Assembly (NCBI GenBank): GCA_031416735.1
Contig: JANOTZ010000070.1
Span: 1 to 49,599, forward strand
DNA from: Frankiales bacterium
GTDB taxonomy: Bacteria; Actinomycetota; Actinomycetes; Mycobacteriales; SCTD01
DNA: 49,599 bases
Direction of reading: 5' to 3'
Shown here: positions 29,499-37,891 of the stretch, one piece after another
Layout of the letters: every line of letters starts with the position of its first letter
Position numbering within the stretch: position 1 is the stretch's first letter
The notes under the pieces: generated by a model
The model's database searches: none
The model's input: only the letters and a program-made list of their open reading frames with translations
Told to the model about the DNA's origin: nothing
Made by a program: the position numbers and the translations under genes

Positions 29499-30142
29499 GC
29501 CGCCGTAGGGGAACCGTCACCGACGGGGACCGCACGATCGCCCTTCAGGCAGCCTCGCTGCTCCTCGGCTACCCCGACGCCGACCTCTACGCCAAGCTGC
29601 CACTGCTCCGCGACGCCGCCGGCCTGCTGCCCGAAGCGGCGGCAGGCCCCCTTCTGGCCATGGTCGCCCACCTGGAGGGGATCTCCCAGCAGGAGGCGGA
29701 GCGGGCCTACGTGGACCTGTTCGATTTGCGTCGCCGCTGCTGCCTCTATCTGACCTACTACGCCTACGGCGACACCCGCAAGCGCGGCATGGCGCTGCTG
29801 CGCTTCACCCATGCCTACAAGGGATCCGGGTCGACCTTGATCAGTGAGGAGCTGCCGGACCACCTGTCCGTCGTGTGCGAGTTCGCGGCCAGCGCGAACC
29901 TCGCCTCCGGGCTTCGCCTCCTTGCGGAGAACCGCGCTGGTCTCGAGCTGATCCGGATGGCGCTCGCCGACCTGGACTCGCCGTACACGCGGGCGTTGGA
30001 CCTGGTGCGCGCCGTCCTGCCGGACCCGGCGCCCCGCGACCTCGACAAGGCGTTGGAGCTGGCCCGCTCCGGTCCACCTGAGGAGGAGGTGGGGCTCGAG
30101 CCGTTCGCCCCGCCGGAATACATGGGAGCGACCCGCCGATGA
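29495..30142 (+). CDS. narJ: Nitrate reductase molybdenum cofactor assembly chaperone
   Basis: ORF 29264..30142. GTG at 29495 forms a GTGA overlap with narH (215 aa). NarJ-like pattern LLGYPD...YVDLFD...CLYLTYY..GDTRKRG...PDHL, and position between narH and narI. Confidence 0.9.
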   Translation: MSRRRGTVTDGDRTIALQAASLLLGYPDADLYAKLPLLRDAAGLLPEAAAGPLLAMVAHLEGISQQEAERAYVDLFDLRRRCCLYLTYYAYGDTRKRGMALLRFTHAYKGSGSTLISEELPDHLSVVCEFAASANLASGLRLLAENRAGLELIRMALADLDSPYTRALDLVRAVLPDPAPRDLDKALELARSGPPEEEVGLEPFAPPEYMGATRR

Positions 30143-30885
30143 GCACCACCGACCTGCTGCTGTGGGTGATCGTGCCGTATGTCAGCATCGCCGTCTTCAT
30201 CGGCGGGCACGTCTGGCGCTACCGCTACGACAAGTTCGGCTGGACCACCCGCTCCAGCCAGCTCTACGAAAAGCGCCTGCTGCGCCTGGGTTCTCCGCTG
30301 TTCCACTTCGGGATGCTCGGGGTGATCGGGGGCCATGTCGTCGGACTGCTCGTCCCCGCGTCGTGGACCGAGAAGGCCGGGGTCCCCGACTCGGCGTATC
30401 ACGCGATGTCCCTCATCCTCGGCACTCTCGCCGGGGTCGCCACCGTCCTGGGCATGGCCATCTTGATCTACCGGCGGCGCACCGTCGGACCGGTGTTCAG
30501 TGCCACCACCAAGAACGACAAGGGCATGTACGTCGTCCTCGGCGCGACGATCCTCGCGGGCCTGCTCACGACGGTGCTCACCAACGTCACCGGAAACGCC
30601 CACGACTACCGGGAGACCGTGGCGCCGTGGTTCCGCTCGGTCCTGTCCCTGCAGCCGGACACCGACCTGATCACGGCTGCCCCGTGGGGGTTCCAGGTGC
30701 ACGTGCAGCTTGCCTGGCTGCTCTTCGCGGTCTGGCCCTTCACCCGACTGGTCCACGTCTTCTCCGCACCCATCGGCTATCTCACCCGTCCCTACATCCC
30801 GTACCGCTCACGAGGTGAGACCGGTCTCGGCCTGCAGGGCGCACGTCGCGGGTGGGAGCGCGTGGGAGCGGGCGACACGTCATGA
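30139..30885 (+). CDS. narI: Respiratory nitrate reductase gamma subunit
   Basis: 248 aa. ATGA overlap with narJ. 5-TM profile with WRYRYDKFGWTTRSSQLYE and heme-ligand His residues. Confidence 0.95.
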   Translation: MSTTDLLLWVIVPYVSIAVFIGGHVWRYRYDKFGWTTRSSQLYEKRLLRLGSPLFHFGMLGVIGGHVVGLLVPASWTEKAGVPDSAYHAMSLILGTLAGVATVLGMAILIYRRRTVGPVFSATTKNDKGMYVVLGATILAGLLTTVLTNVTGNAHDYRETVAPWFRSVLSLQPDTDLITAAPWGFQVHVQLAWLLFAVWPFTRLVHVFSAPIGYLTRPYIPYRSRGETGLGLQGARRGWERVGAGDTS

Positions 30886-32597
30886 GCCTGGCGCCTGACC
30901 GGGAGCAGACGGCACCCACCTCCCCGCTGCTGGAGCGGATCCGCTCGTGCGTCATCGGTGATGCGGAGGTGCTCGACGGTCCCTACGGACCGCACCGAAT
31001 CACCTACGCGGACTACACCGCCTCAGGTCGGGCGGTGAGCTTCCTCGAGGACTTCATCCGCGAGGAGGTGCTGCCTCGCTACGCCAACACCCACACCGAA
31101 AGCTCGGGTACCGGGCTGCAGACCACCAGGTTGCGGGAGGACGCCCGCCAGGTCATCCACTCCGCTCTCGGTGGAGACGAGGAGACGGTGGTCATCTTCA
31201 CCGGCTCGGGGGCCACCGGAGCCATCGCCAAGCTGGTCGCCATCCTCGGTCTCCGACTACCAGCCGAGCTGGACGAGCGCTACCAGCTCTCGGACCAGAT
31301 TCCCCCACAGGAACGGCCTGTGGTCTTCATCGGGCCCTATGAGCATCACTCCAACGAGTTGCCGTGGCGGGAGTCCATCGCCGACGTCGTGGTGATCCCT
31401 GAGGACCCCGACGGACACGTCGACGCCGACCGTCTCGAGGTGGAGCTCCTACGGCACGCCGATCGTCCGCTGCTCATCGGAAGCTTCTCGGCGGCCTCCA
31501 ACGTGACCGGCATCCGGACCGACACGGACGGGATTTCGGCGCTGCTGCACCGGCACGGAGCGCTGTCGTTCTGGGACTACGCCGCCGCCGCGCCCTACAC
31601 GCCGATCGCGATGGGTGGGCCCGCCGACGGACCGTCGTACAAGGACGCCGTTTTTGTCTCGCCGCACAAGCTCATCGGTGGGCCGGGCTCCCCGGGGGTG
31701 CTCGGCGTGCGTCGGGAGCTGGTGCGTAACCGGGTGCCCACGGTGCCGGGAGGGGGCACGGTCGCCTACGTCAACCCGACAGAGCAGCAGTACCTCACCG
31801 ATCCGGTGGCCCGGGAGGAGGGTGGCACTCCCGAGATCATCGGTGCCATCCGCGCCGGGTTGGCCTTCGGGCTTAAGGAGGCGGTCGGGACCGACCTGAT
31901 CGCAGCCCGCGAGGAGTGGCTCTGGCAGCGGGCTCTCGGTTCGTGGCGTGGCGACTCGGGGATCGACATCCTCGGAGACACCGACGCTTCGAGGCTGTCC
32001 ATCGTCTCCTTCGTCATCCGGCACGGCCGCGGCTACCTGCACCACAACTTCGTGGTGGCCTTGCTCAACGACCTGTTCGGCATCCAGGCGCGCGGCGGGT
32101 GCTCCTGCGCCGGGCCCTACGGGCATCGGCTGCTCGGGATCGATCTCGAACGGTCGCACGCCTTTCAGGCCGAGATCACCAAGGGGTGCGAGGGCCTCAA
32201 GCCGGGTTGGACCAGGATCAACTTCAACTACTTCATCTCCGCCGCCACCTGCGACTACCTCATCGCCGCCGTGCACCTCATCGCCGGTCAGGGGTGGAAG
32301 CTGCTCACCGACTACACCTTCGACCCTGCCACCGGCCTGTGGCACCACCGGTCCGCACCGGTCGACCCACCACTGCGGCTCACCGACCTGCACTACGACG
32401 CGTCCGGCACGTTGCACTACCCGCGCGTGCACCGCCACGTCGGCGAAAACGCCTACCCGGTCTACCTGGAGCGGGCGCGGAGCCTGTTCGCCGGTCGCTC
32501 GGACAGCCCCACCTGGAACGGCGACGAATCCACTGGACTTGCCGAGGACTTCGAGTCGTTGCGCTGGTTCCCGTTGCCTGCTGCCTGCCTGCGCTGA
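30882..32597 (+). CDS. Aminotransferase class V-fold PLP-dependent enzyme (cysteine desulfurase-like) with C-terminal extension
   Basis: ORF 30852..32597. ATG at 30882 forms an ATGA overlap with narI (571 aa). ADYTASGRAVSFLEDFIREEVLPRYANTHTE, FTGSGATGAI, SPHKLIGGPGSPGVLGV (candidate Schiff-base Lys). Confidence 0.8.
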   Translation: MSLAPDREQTAPTSPLLERIRSCVIGDAEVLDGPYGPHRITYADYTASGRAVSFLEDFIREEVLPRYANTHTESSGTGLQTTRLREDARQVIHSALGGDEETVVIFTGSGATGAIAKLVAILGLRLPAELDERYQLSDQIPPQERPVVFIGPYEHHSNELPWRESIADVVVIPEDPDGHVDADRLEVELLRHADRPLLIGSFSAASNVTGIRTDTDGISALLHRHGALSFWDYAAAAPYTPIAMGGPADGPSYKDAVFVSPHKLIGGPGSPGVLGVRRELVRNRVPTVPGGGTVAYVNPTEQQYLTDPVAREEGGTPEIIGAIRAGLAFGLKEAVGTDLIAAREEWLWQRALGSWRGDSGIDILGDTDASRLSIVSFVIRHGRGYLHHNFVVALLNDLFGIQARGGCSCAGPYGHRLLGIDLERSHAFQAEITKGCEGLKPGWTRINFNYFISAATCDYLIAAVHLIAGQGWKLLTDYTFDPATGLWHHRSAPVDPPLRLTDLHYDASGTLHYPRVHRHVGENAYPVYLERARSLFAGRSDSPTWNGDESTGLAEDFESLRWFPLPAACLR

Positions 32598-32660
32598 GGA
32601 GCCCCCGCCCGCGCAGGTGAGAAGCCGAGCAGTCGACGCTGAGAAGCCCCCGCCGCGCGG

Positions 32661-33053
32661 TCAGTCGATGAGCACCTGCACCGAGGGAGGGTGGGTCAGC
32701 GAGTTGTGCACCGTGCAGTGCGAGGCCACGGCGAGCAGCGCGGCCCTGCGCTCGGCGGGCACGGCGTCGGACACCGTGACTCGCAGCTGCACGTCACTGA
32801 CCCGAGACGGGCTCTTCCCCATGTCGAACGAGGCCGTCACGCCGAGCCCTTCGACCGGCAGGTCGTGTCGCGTGAGATAGCGGCGGGCATAGTGCGCGAC
32901 GCAGGTCGCGAGCGAGGCGATGAACAGCTCCGTCGGCGTGGGGGCGGTGTCCTCGCCTCCGTCCTCGATCGGCTGGTCCACGGTCAGGGTGTGCCGGCCC
33001 ACGTCGATGGCGAACCGGTCACCATCAAGATGTCGCACCGCGACGCTGCTCAT
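32661..33053 (-). CDS. OsmC-family peroxiredoxin-like protein
   Basis: ORF 32661..33104. ATG at 33053 taken (130 aa). Two conserved Cys contexts: ELFIASLATCVAHY and ASHCTVHNSL. Confidence 0.85.
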   Translation of the reverse strand: MSSVAVRHLDGDRFAIDVGRHTLTVDQPIEDGGEDTAPTPTELFIASLATCVAHYARRYLTRHDLPVEGLGVTASFDMGKSPSRVSDVQLRVTVSDAVPAERRAALLAVASHCTVHNSLTHPPSVQVLID

Positions 33054-33109
33054 ATCTGCTCCTTGGGAACGGGCGGCAGGTGACGCTCCGTCGCCTGCCT
33101 CCACGCTAG

Positions 33110-33520
<411 letters not shown>

Positions 33521-33755
33521 GACGGCTGACGTCAACGGCACGGCCACACAGACGTTGCGATCCCGACCGCCACCGGAGAGCGCCGCCTCCTTTCGGCTCG
33601 GCACTCTGCCCGGTGCGGCCACCCTTCGCCGTACCCGCCGCCCGTCGGTTCCTCGCTGCGTCTGCTCTTCCGGCCACGTCAACCGGGTAGCTGAGCAGAC
33701 GTGAGGAACTTGGCCGCCGCCGGAGAACGCCGCCTCCCGCGATGTCCTCGTTCTT

Positions 33756-33816
33756 GATCCACGGAACCCGCACAGCCCTCAAAGGGCGATTTCACGCTGT
33801 GCGCGTTCCGTGGATC
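33756..33816. repeat. Long inverted repeat (21-nt arms, 20/21 complementary) with 19-nt loop in a noncoding gap
   Basis: GATCCACGGAACCCGCACAGC (33756-33776) versus GCTGTGCGCGTTCCGTGGATC (33796-33816). No flanking U/T tract on either strand. Confidence 0.85.
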
Positions 33817-33990
33817 ATGGGGGGGAGGGGTGAGGTGAGGTGACGGCTGTTGCCCGCCGAGAACGACATGTCAAGACGCGCACGTCCAGGCCGCTCAGGC
33901 ACATGGGTTCCGCTCATCCGGCCTATCAGCCGCAGTCACCACGACCTGAGACTCCGCGACGCACACGAAACGGCGCGGAGCCTCCGGGTG

Positions 33991-34218
33991 TCAGCCCTTC
34001 CGGGCAGCCAACCGGTCGATGACGAGCGAGGCCGGACAGGCCCCGGTCGCCACCATCAGGAGCTGGTTCGCACCGACAGCCGCGGTGAGGAGCAGGAACC
34101 AGGGGCTCACGACGGCGGCGAGGATCGCGCTGAGCAGCGTCATGGTGCCGGCAAGGGCGAACAGGATGCGCTCTTTGTGCCACCGGGTGGTGGCGAGACA
34201 GGCAGCGGGGGCAGTCAT
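33991..34218 (-). CDS. DUF2892 / YgaP-like small membrane protein
   Basis: ORF 33991..34296. ATG at 34218 preceded by AAGGAG (75 aa). RWHKERILFALAGTMTLLSAILA...NQLLMVATGACPASLV is the recalled YgaP-TM-domain pattern. Confidence 0.75.
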   Translation of the reverse strand: MTAPAACLATTRWHKERILFALAGTMTLLSAILAAVVSPWFLLLTAAVGANQLLMVATGACPASLVIDRLAARKG

Positions 34219-34280
34219 CGGGTACTCCTTCGAGGGCTTCGGGCGGGGCGGGTGGGGCCGGGGCGGTCCGGGTGCGCACC

Positions 34281-34312
34281 GGCACGGGCGGGCCACTCGG
34301 CCCGCCCGTGCC
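34281..34312 (-). terminator. Perfect 14-bp-stem hairpin 6 nt downstream of the MMPL stop codon
   Basis: GGCACGGGCGGGCC-ACTC-GGCCCGCCCGTGCC. GC-rich stem without a U-tail, as is common in actinobacteria. Lies about 63 nt upstream of the DUF2892 start. Confidence 0.55.
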
Positions 34313-34318
34313 AGACGC

Positions 34319-36478
34319 TCAGTGCGAGAACTTCACAGCCGGCAGGACCTTGGCCAGCCACTTGGGCACGTGCCAGGCAGCGCGCCCCGTCAGCCTCATG
34401 AGCACCGGAAGCAGCAGGAGCCGGACCAGGGCGGCATCGAGCAGGACCGCCACCCCCAGGACGATGCCCATCTCCCGGGGAGGCAGGGGTCCGGACAGGG
34501 CGAAGGTGAAGAACACCGCCACCATGACCCCGGCAGCCGCGAAGATCACCCTGCCGGAGTGGGCGATGCCACCGATCATGGCTTCCTTGGCGTCGCCTCT
34601 GCGCTCCCAGTGCTCCTTGGCGCTGGCCAGGAGGAACACGGTGTAGTCCATCGAGATCGCGAAGATCATGGCGAAGAAGAACACCGGTCCCCAGGCGTCG
34701 AGGAAGCCTTGCGACTCGAAGCCCAACAGGTCCGAGCCGATCCCGTCCTGGAAGATCCACTTCGAGACACCGAAGGCGGCTGCCGTCGCCAGCAGGCTGG
34801 TGGTCACACCGAGGAGGGCGAGCAGTGGCGCCCTGAGCACGACCAGCAGCAGCACGAATCCGAGTGCCAGGACCACGCCCACCACGAGCGGCGTCTTGTC
34901 GGAGAGCAGCTGCTCGAGATCGTGGTTCTCCGCGGCCGCACCACCTATCAGCGTGCCGCTCGGCAGCTCGAGGCGCAGCCGGTCGATGGTCGCGCCCAGC
35001 TCCGGGTTGGACGGGTCGACCGTCGGCATCGCCTGGATGAGGGCCAGGTCGCCCACCTTGTTGAGCTGAGCCGGCATGACTTGTGCCACACCTTCATCTG
35101 CCTTGAGCGCTGTCGCCACGGCCGTGCTGTCGCCAGCGGGCGTCACGACCTGCAGGGCGCCCGGGGCTCCCTTGCCGAAGCCCTGCTGGACCAGGTCATA
35201 GCCCTGCCGCGACGAGTCGCTGGTGGGCACCACCTTGATCGAGGGCATGCCGGTCTTGAGTGACAGCACCGGAAGGGCGAGTGCCACCAGGGCGACGAGG
35301 GCGACGAGCCCGAAGACCACCGGCCGCTTCCACAGCCGCTCGCCCCACCGGGCGAAGCGCGCCGAGCGGTGCTCGCCGCTGTGGACCCACGGGAGCGACA
35401 GCGCGTCGACCCGGTCGCCGAGCTTGGCCAGCACCGCGGGCAGCAGCGTCAGGCTGGCGCCGAGCACGAACAGGACAGCCAACATGATGCCGACGGCCAT
35501 CGACCGGAAGGCGGGGGAAGGCACGAGAAGGACGGCCGACAGCGAGATCAGCACGGTCAGGCCGGAGAACAGCACCGCCTTTCCTGCCGTGTCCATCGTG
35601 GTCGCGACGGCATGGGGGGTGTCCTCCTTGGAGCCAAAGTGCGCGGCCCGGAAGCGGACCACGATGAACAGCGCATAGTCGATGCCCAGGGCAAGGGCGA
35701 ACATCATGGCGAAGTTCATCGCCCAGATCGAGATGTCCGTGACCTGGGTCCCGAGGTACAGCGAGCCGGCCGCCGCAATCAGGCCGATGATGGTCAGCAT
35801 CAGCGGAAGCCCCGCGGCGACCAAGGAGCCGAAGGCCAGGACCAGGATCGCCATGGTCACCGGCCAGCTGATCAGCTCAGACTTCATCATCGCGTCGCGG
35901 TTGGCGGTGTTGAAGTCCGACCACAGCGTCGAGGAGCCGGTCATGGCCAGCGTGACACCGTCGCCGCTCAGCCCCCGGATCTCCTCCTTGAGATCGTCCG
36001 CGGCCCGCACCATGTCGTTCGGTCCGGCTGCGGCACCCCCTTGGATGAGGGCATACCGCCCATCGGGCGAGATCGTCATCCCTGGCTGGGGCGGGGTTAC
36101 CGACGAGACCCGAGGGTCGGCCTTCAGTAGCGCGACGGCCTGGCTGATCCTGGTGGCCGCCGCTGGACCGGTGACCGGGCCGGCGTCGTTGTGGACCACC
36201 ACCTGCAGGGCGCTGCTGGAGTAGCCCCCGAACTGCTGGTCGACGAGCTCCCGGGTCTGCACCGACTCGGAGCCACTGGCCTCCCAGCCCGCTCCGGCCA
36301 ATGCGTGCTCCACCTTCGGAGCGAAGATCCCCAGTCCGATGCCGATGACGGCCCAGAGGACGAGAACGACGCGGAGGTGCGTCGAGGTCCAGAGCCCCAC
36401 CCGCCCCAACGGGCCGTAGGCGTGGGCGGGAGACGGCTGCAAGGGCGGCGTCGGCTGGCGTTGAGTGAGGTCGGTCAT
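34319..36478 (-). CDS. MMPL-family RND-type transporter
   Basis: ORF 34319..36568. ATG at 36478 taken (719 aa), start uncertain by a few codons. Two 6-TM bundles with large loops. Typical MMPL motifs (LPLMLTIIGLIAAAGSL..., GIDYALFIVVRFR, ISMDYTVFLL). Confidence 0.9.
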   Translation of the reverse strand: MTDLTQRQPTPPLQPSPAHAYGPLGRVGLWTSTHLRVVLVLWAVIGIGLGIFAPKVEHALAGAGWEASGSESVQTRELVDQQFGGYSSSALQVVVHNDAGPVTGPAAATRISQAVALLKADPRVSSVTPPQPGMTISPDGRYALIQGGAAAGPNDMVRAADDLKEEIRGLSGDGVTLAMTGSSTLWSDFNTANRDAMMKSELISWPVTMAILVLAFGSLVAAGLPLMLTIIGLIAAAGSLYLGTQVTDISIWAMNFAMMFALALGIDYALFIVVRFRAAHFGSKEDTPHAVATTMDTAGKAVLFSGLTVLISLSAVLLVPSPAFRSMAVGIMLAVLFVLGASLTLLPAVLAKLGDRVDALSLPWVHSGEHRSARFARWGERLWKRPVVFGLVALVALVALALPVLSLKTGMPSIKVVPTSDSSRQGYDLVQQGFGKGAPGALQVVTPAGDSTAVATALKADEGVAQVMPAQLNKVGDLALIQAMPTVDPSNPELGATIDRLRLELPSGTLIGGAAAENHDLEQLLSDKTPLVVGVVLALGFVLLLVVLRAPLLALLGVTTSLLATAAAFGVSKWIFQDGIGSDLLGFESQGFLDAWGPVFFFAMIFAISMDYTVFLLASAKEHWERRGDAKEAMIGGIAHSGRVIFAAAGVMVAVFFTFALSGPLPPREMGIVLGVAVLLDAALVRLLLLPVLMRLTGRAAWHVPKWLAKVLPAVKFSH

Positions 36479-36488
36479 GCCCTCCATA

Positions 36489-36504
36489 ATACCCATGGGG
36501 GTAT
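36489..36504. promoter_or_regulatory. Candidate CsoR-family operator 1 (ATACC-N6-GGTAT) overlapping the MMPL 5-prime end
   Basis: ATACCCATGGGGGTAT. Perfect 5+5 palindrome, AT-rich half-sites in very GC-rich DNA, 11-26 nt upstream of the MMPL start. Confidence 0.5.
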
Positions 36505-36559
36505 CCCGTATTCCCTTCGGGCCGCCTCGAAGGGGGATCGTCCCCCCTGCGAACGGCAT

Positions 36560-36575
36560 ATACCCCACGCGGTAT
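36560..36575. promoter_or_regulatory. Candidate CsoR-family operator 2 (ATACC-N6-GGTAT) upstream of the DUF302 operon
   Basis: ATACCCCACGCGGTAT. Perfect 5+5 palindrome, 39-54 nt upstream of the ATG at 36614. Confidence 0.5.
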
Positions 36576-36613
36576 CATCACAGTCACGTCCGCCACCTCG
36601 AGAAGGAGCGACC

Positions 36614-37003
36614 ATGAGCTACGGAATGGCCATCACCGTCCCCCTGCCGTTCGCCGAGACCGTGGAGCGAGTCCGCGAAGCGCTGCAGGACCAGGGTTTC
36701 GGGGTCCTCACCGAGATCGATGTCACCGCCACCCTCAGGAGCAAGCTCGGCGAGGAGATCGAGGACTACCTCATCCTCGGCGCCTGCAACCCCTCGCTCG
36801 CCCACCGGGCGTTGGGCGTGGACCGCAGCATCGGGCTGCTGCTGCCCTGCAACGTCGTGGTGCGTGGCACCGACAGCGGCACCCTGGTGGAGATCGCCGA
36901 CCCGGCGATGCTGGTGGGTGTGACCGGAGACGGCCTTCTGGAGCCCGTCGCCGGCGAGGCTCGTCAGCGGCTCGACCTGGTCATCGCCGCGCTCGGCGGC
37001 TGA
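36614..37003 (+). CDS. DUF302 domain protein
   Basis: ORF 36191..37003. ATG at 36614 preceded by GAAGGAG (129 aa). VREALQDQGFGVLTEIDVTATLRSKLGEEIEDYLILGACNP...LLLPCNVVV is the DUF302 pattern. Confidence 0.85.
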   Translation: MSYGMAITVPLPFAETVERVREALQDQGFGVLTEIDVTATLRSKLGEEIEDYLILGACNPSLAHRALGVDRSIGLLLPCNVVVRGTDSGTLVEIADPAMLVGVTGDGLLEPVAGEARQRLDLVIAALGG

Positions 37004-37089
37004 CCGACCCTGACAAGAGGGTACGAAAGTCCCTGGTGGTTGACAGCCGGGCGCGCCACCGTGAACACCAGGAAGAGAAGAGGGCGGCC

Positions 37090-37314
37090 ATGATGTGGGT
37101 CGACGGTGGCGGTTGGGTCTGGATGACCTTGATGATGCTGGGCTTCTGGGCCCTGCTGATCTTCGGCGGCGTGGCGCTCTACCGGGCCACCCGCCAGCCG
37201 GGTGGCACTCAGCAGAACGAGGCGCTGCACCTGCTGGACGCGAGGTTTGCGCGCGGCGAGATCGACGATGAGGACTACAGCCGGCGCCGCGCCCTTCTGC
37301 GCTCCGGCAACTGA
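37090..37314 (+). CDS. SHOCT-domain membrane protein
   Basis: ORF 37036..37314. ATG at 37090 taken (74 aa). One TM (WVWMTLMMLGFWALLIFGGVALY) followed by LLDARFARGEIDDEDYSRRRALL (SHOCT motif). Confidence 0.75.
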   Translation: MMWVDGGGWVWMTLMMLGFWALLIFGGVALYRATRQPGGTQQNEALHLLDARFARGEIDDEDYSRRRALLRSGN

Positions 37315-37326
37315 GGCGGCCCCGTC

Positions 37327-37875
37327 ATGGAAGTTGCCCGTGCCTACCTCCTTGCGGGGGCGGCCACGGTGGCGATGACCGCGTTCTCCGTGGGCACTGT
37401 CGCCGTGACCGACCCGAGCCCCTGGCCCCAGCACCACTCCTCATGGCGGCCTGGCGGCGGAGACCCGGGTTGCGACGTTCCCCCGCTGGCCGGGCGCCGC
37501 GTGATGGTCCAGCTCCAAGACCGCCGCACTCGAGCCGACACGATGTCGCTGCGGGTCGCGCCCCGGACGGTCCCCTCCGGCACGGTCAGTCTGCTGGCGC
37601 TCAACCGGGGAGGGCGAGCCCACGAGCTCGCGGTCTTCCCGTTGTCGGAGGGCCAACGGGCCGGACAGCGTGCCCTTCGTGGCGATGACCGGATTGACGA
37701 GCGCGGCAGCCTCGGCGAGGCGACTCCCACCTGCGGACTGTCGACGAGTGACGTCATCGCCGCTGGCGCCTCCGGCTGGCTTACGCTCACGTTGAGGCCG
37801 GGCCGCTACGAGTTGCTCTGCAACTTGCCTGGCCACTACCGAGCCGGGATGTCCTCGGTGCTCGAGGTGAAGTAG
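37327..37875 (+). CDS. Cupredoxin-like copper-binding protein (type-1 Cu ligand set)
   Basis: 182 aa. N-terminal signal/anchor. HELAVFP plus CNLPGHYRAGM supply a His ... Cys-x3-His-x4-Met ligand pattern. Confidence 0.7.
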   Translation: MEVARAYLLAGAATVAMTAFSVGTVAVTDPSPWPQHHSSWRPGGGDPGCDVPPLAGRRVMVQLQDRRTRADTMSLRVAPRTVPSGTVSLLALNRGGRAHELAVFPLSEGQRAGQRALRGDDRIDERGSLGEATPTCGLSTSDVIAAGASGWLTLTLRPGRYELLCNLPGHYRAGMSSVLEVK

Positions 37876-37891
37876 AGAAGGTCAGACAGAG

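Noticed and set aside
31449-32438. 329-aa minus-strand ORF
   Set aside because: It is antisense to the class-V PLP enzyme gene and has shadow composition.
33816-33845. G-rich run GGGGGGGAGGGGTGAGGTGAGGTGACGG as a G-quadruplex
   Set aside because: There are only three clear G3+ tracts. In such GC-rich DNA this is weak, and no positional argument supports it.
33840-34022. 60-aa plus-strand ORF in the long intergenic gap
   Set aside because: It is Arg/Pro-rich, has no RBS, and overlaps the 3-prime end of the DUF2892 gene. It is unlikely to be coding.
34019-36596. Plus-strand ORFs 34019..35263 and 35369..36130, and minus-strand alternative-frame ORF 35877..36596
   Set aside because: They overlap the MMPL gene, whose 12-TM architecture and motifs are clear.
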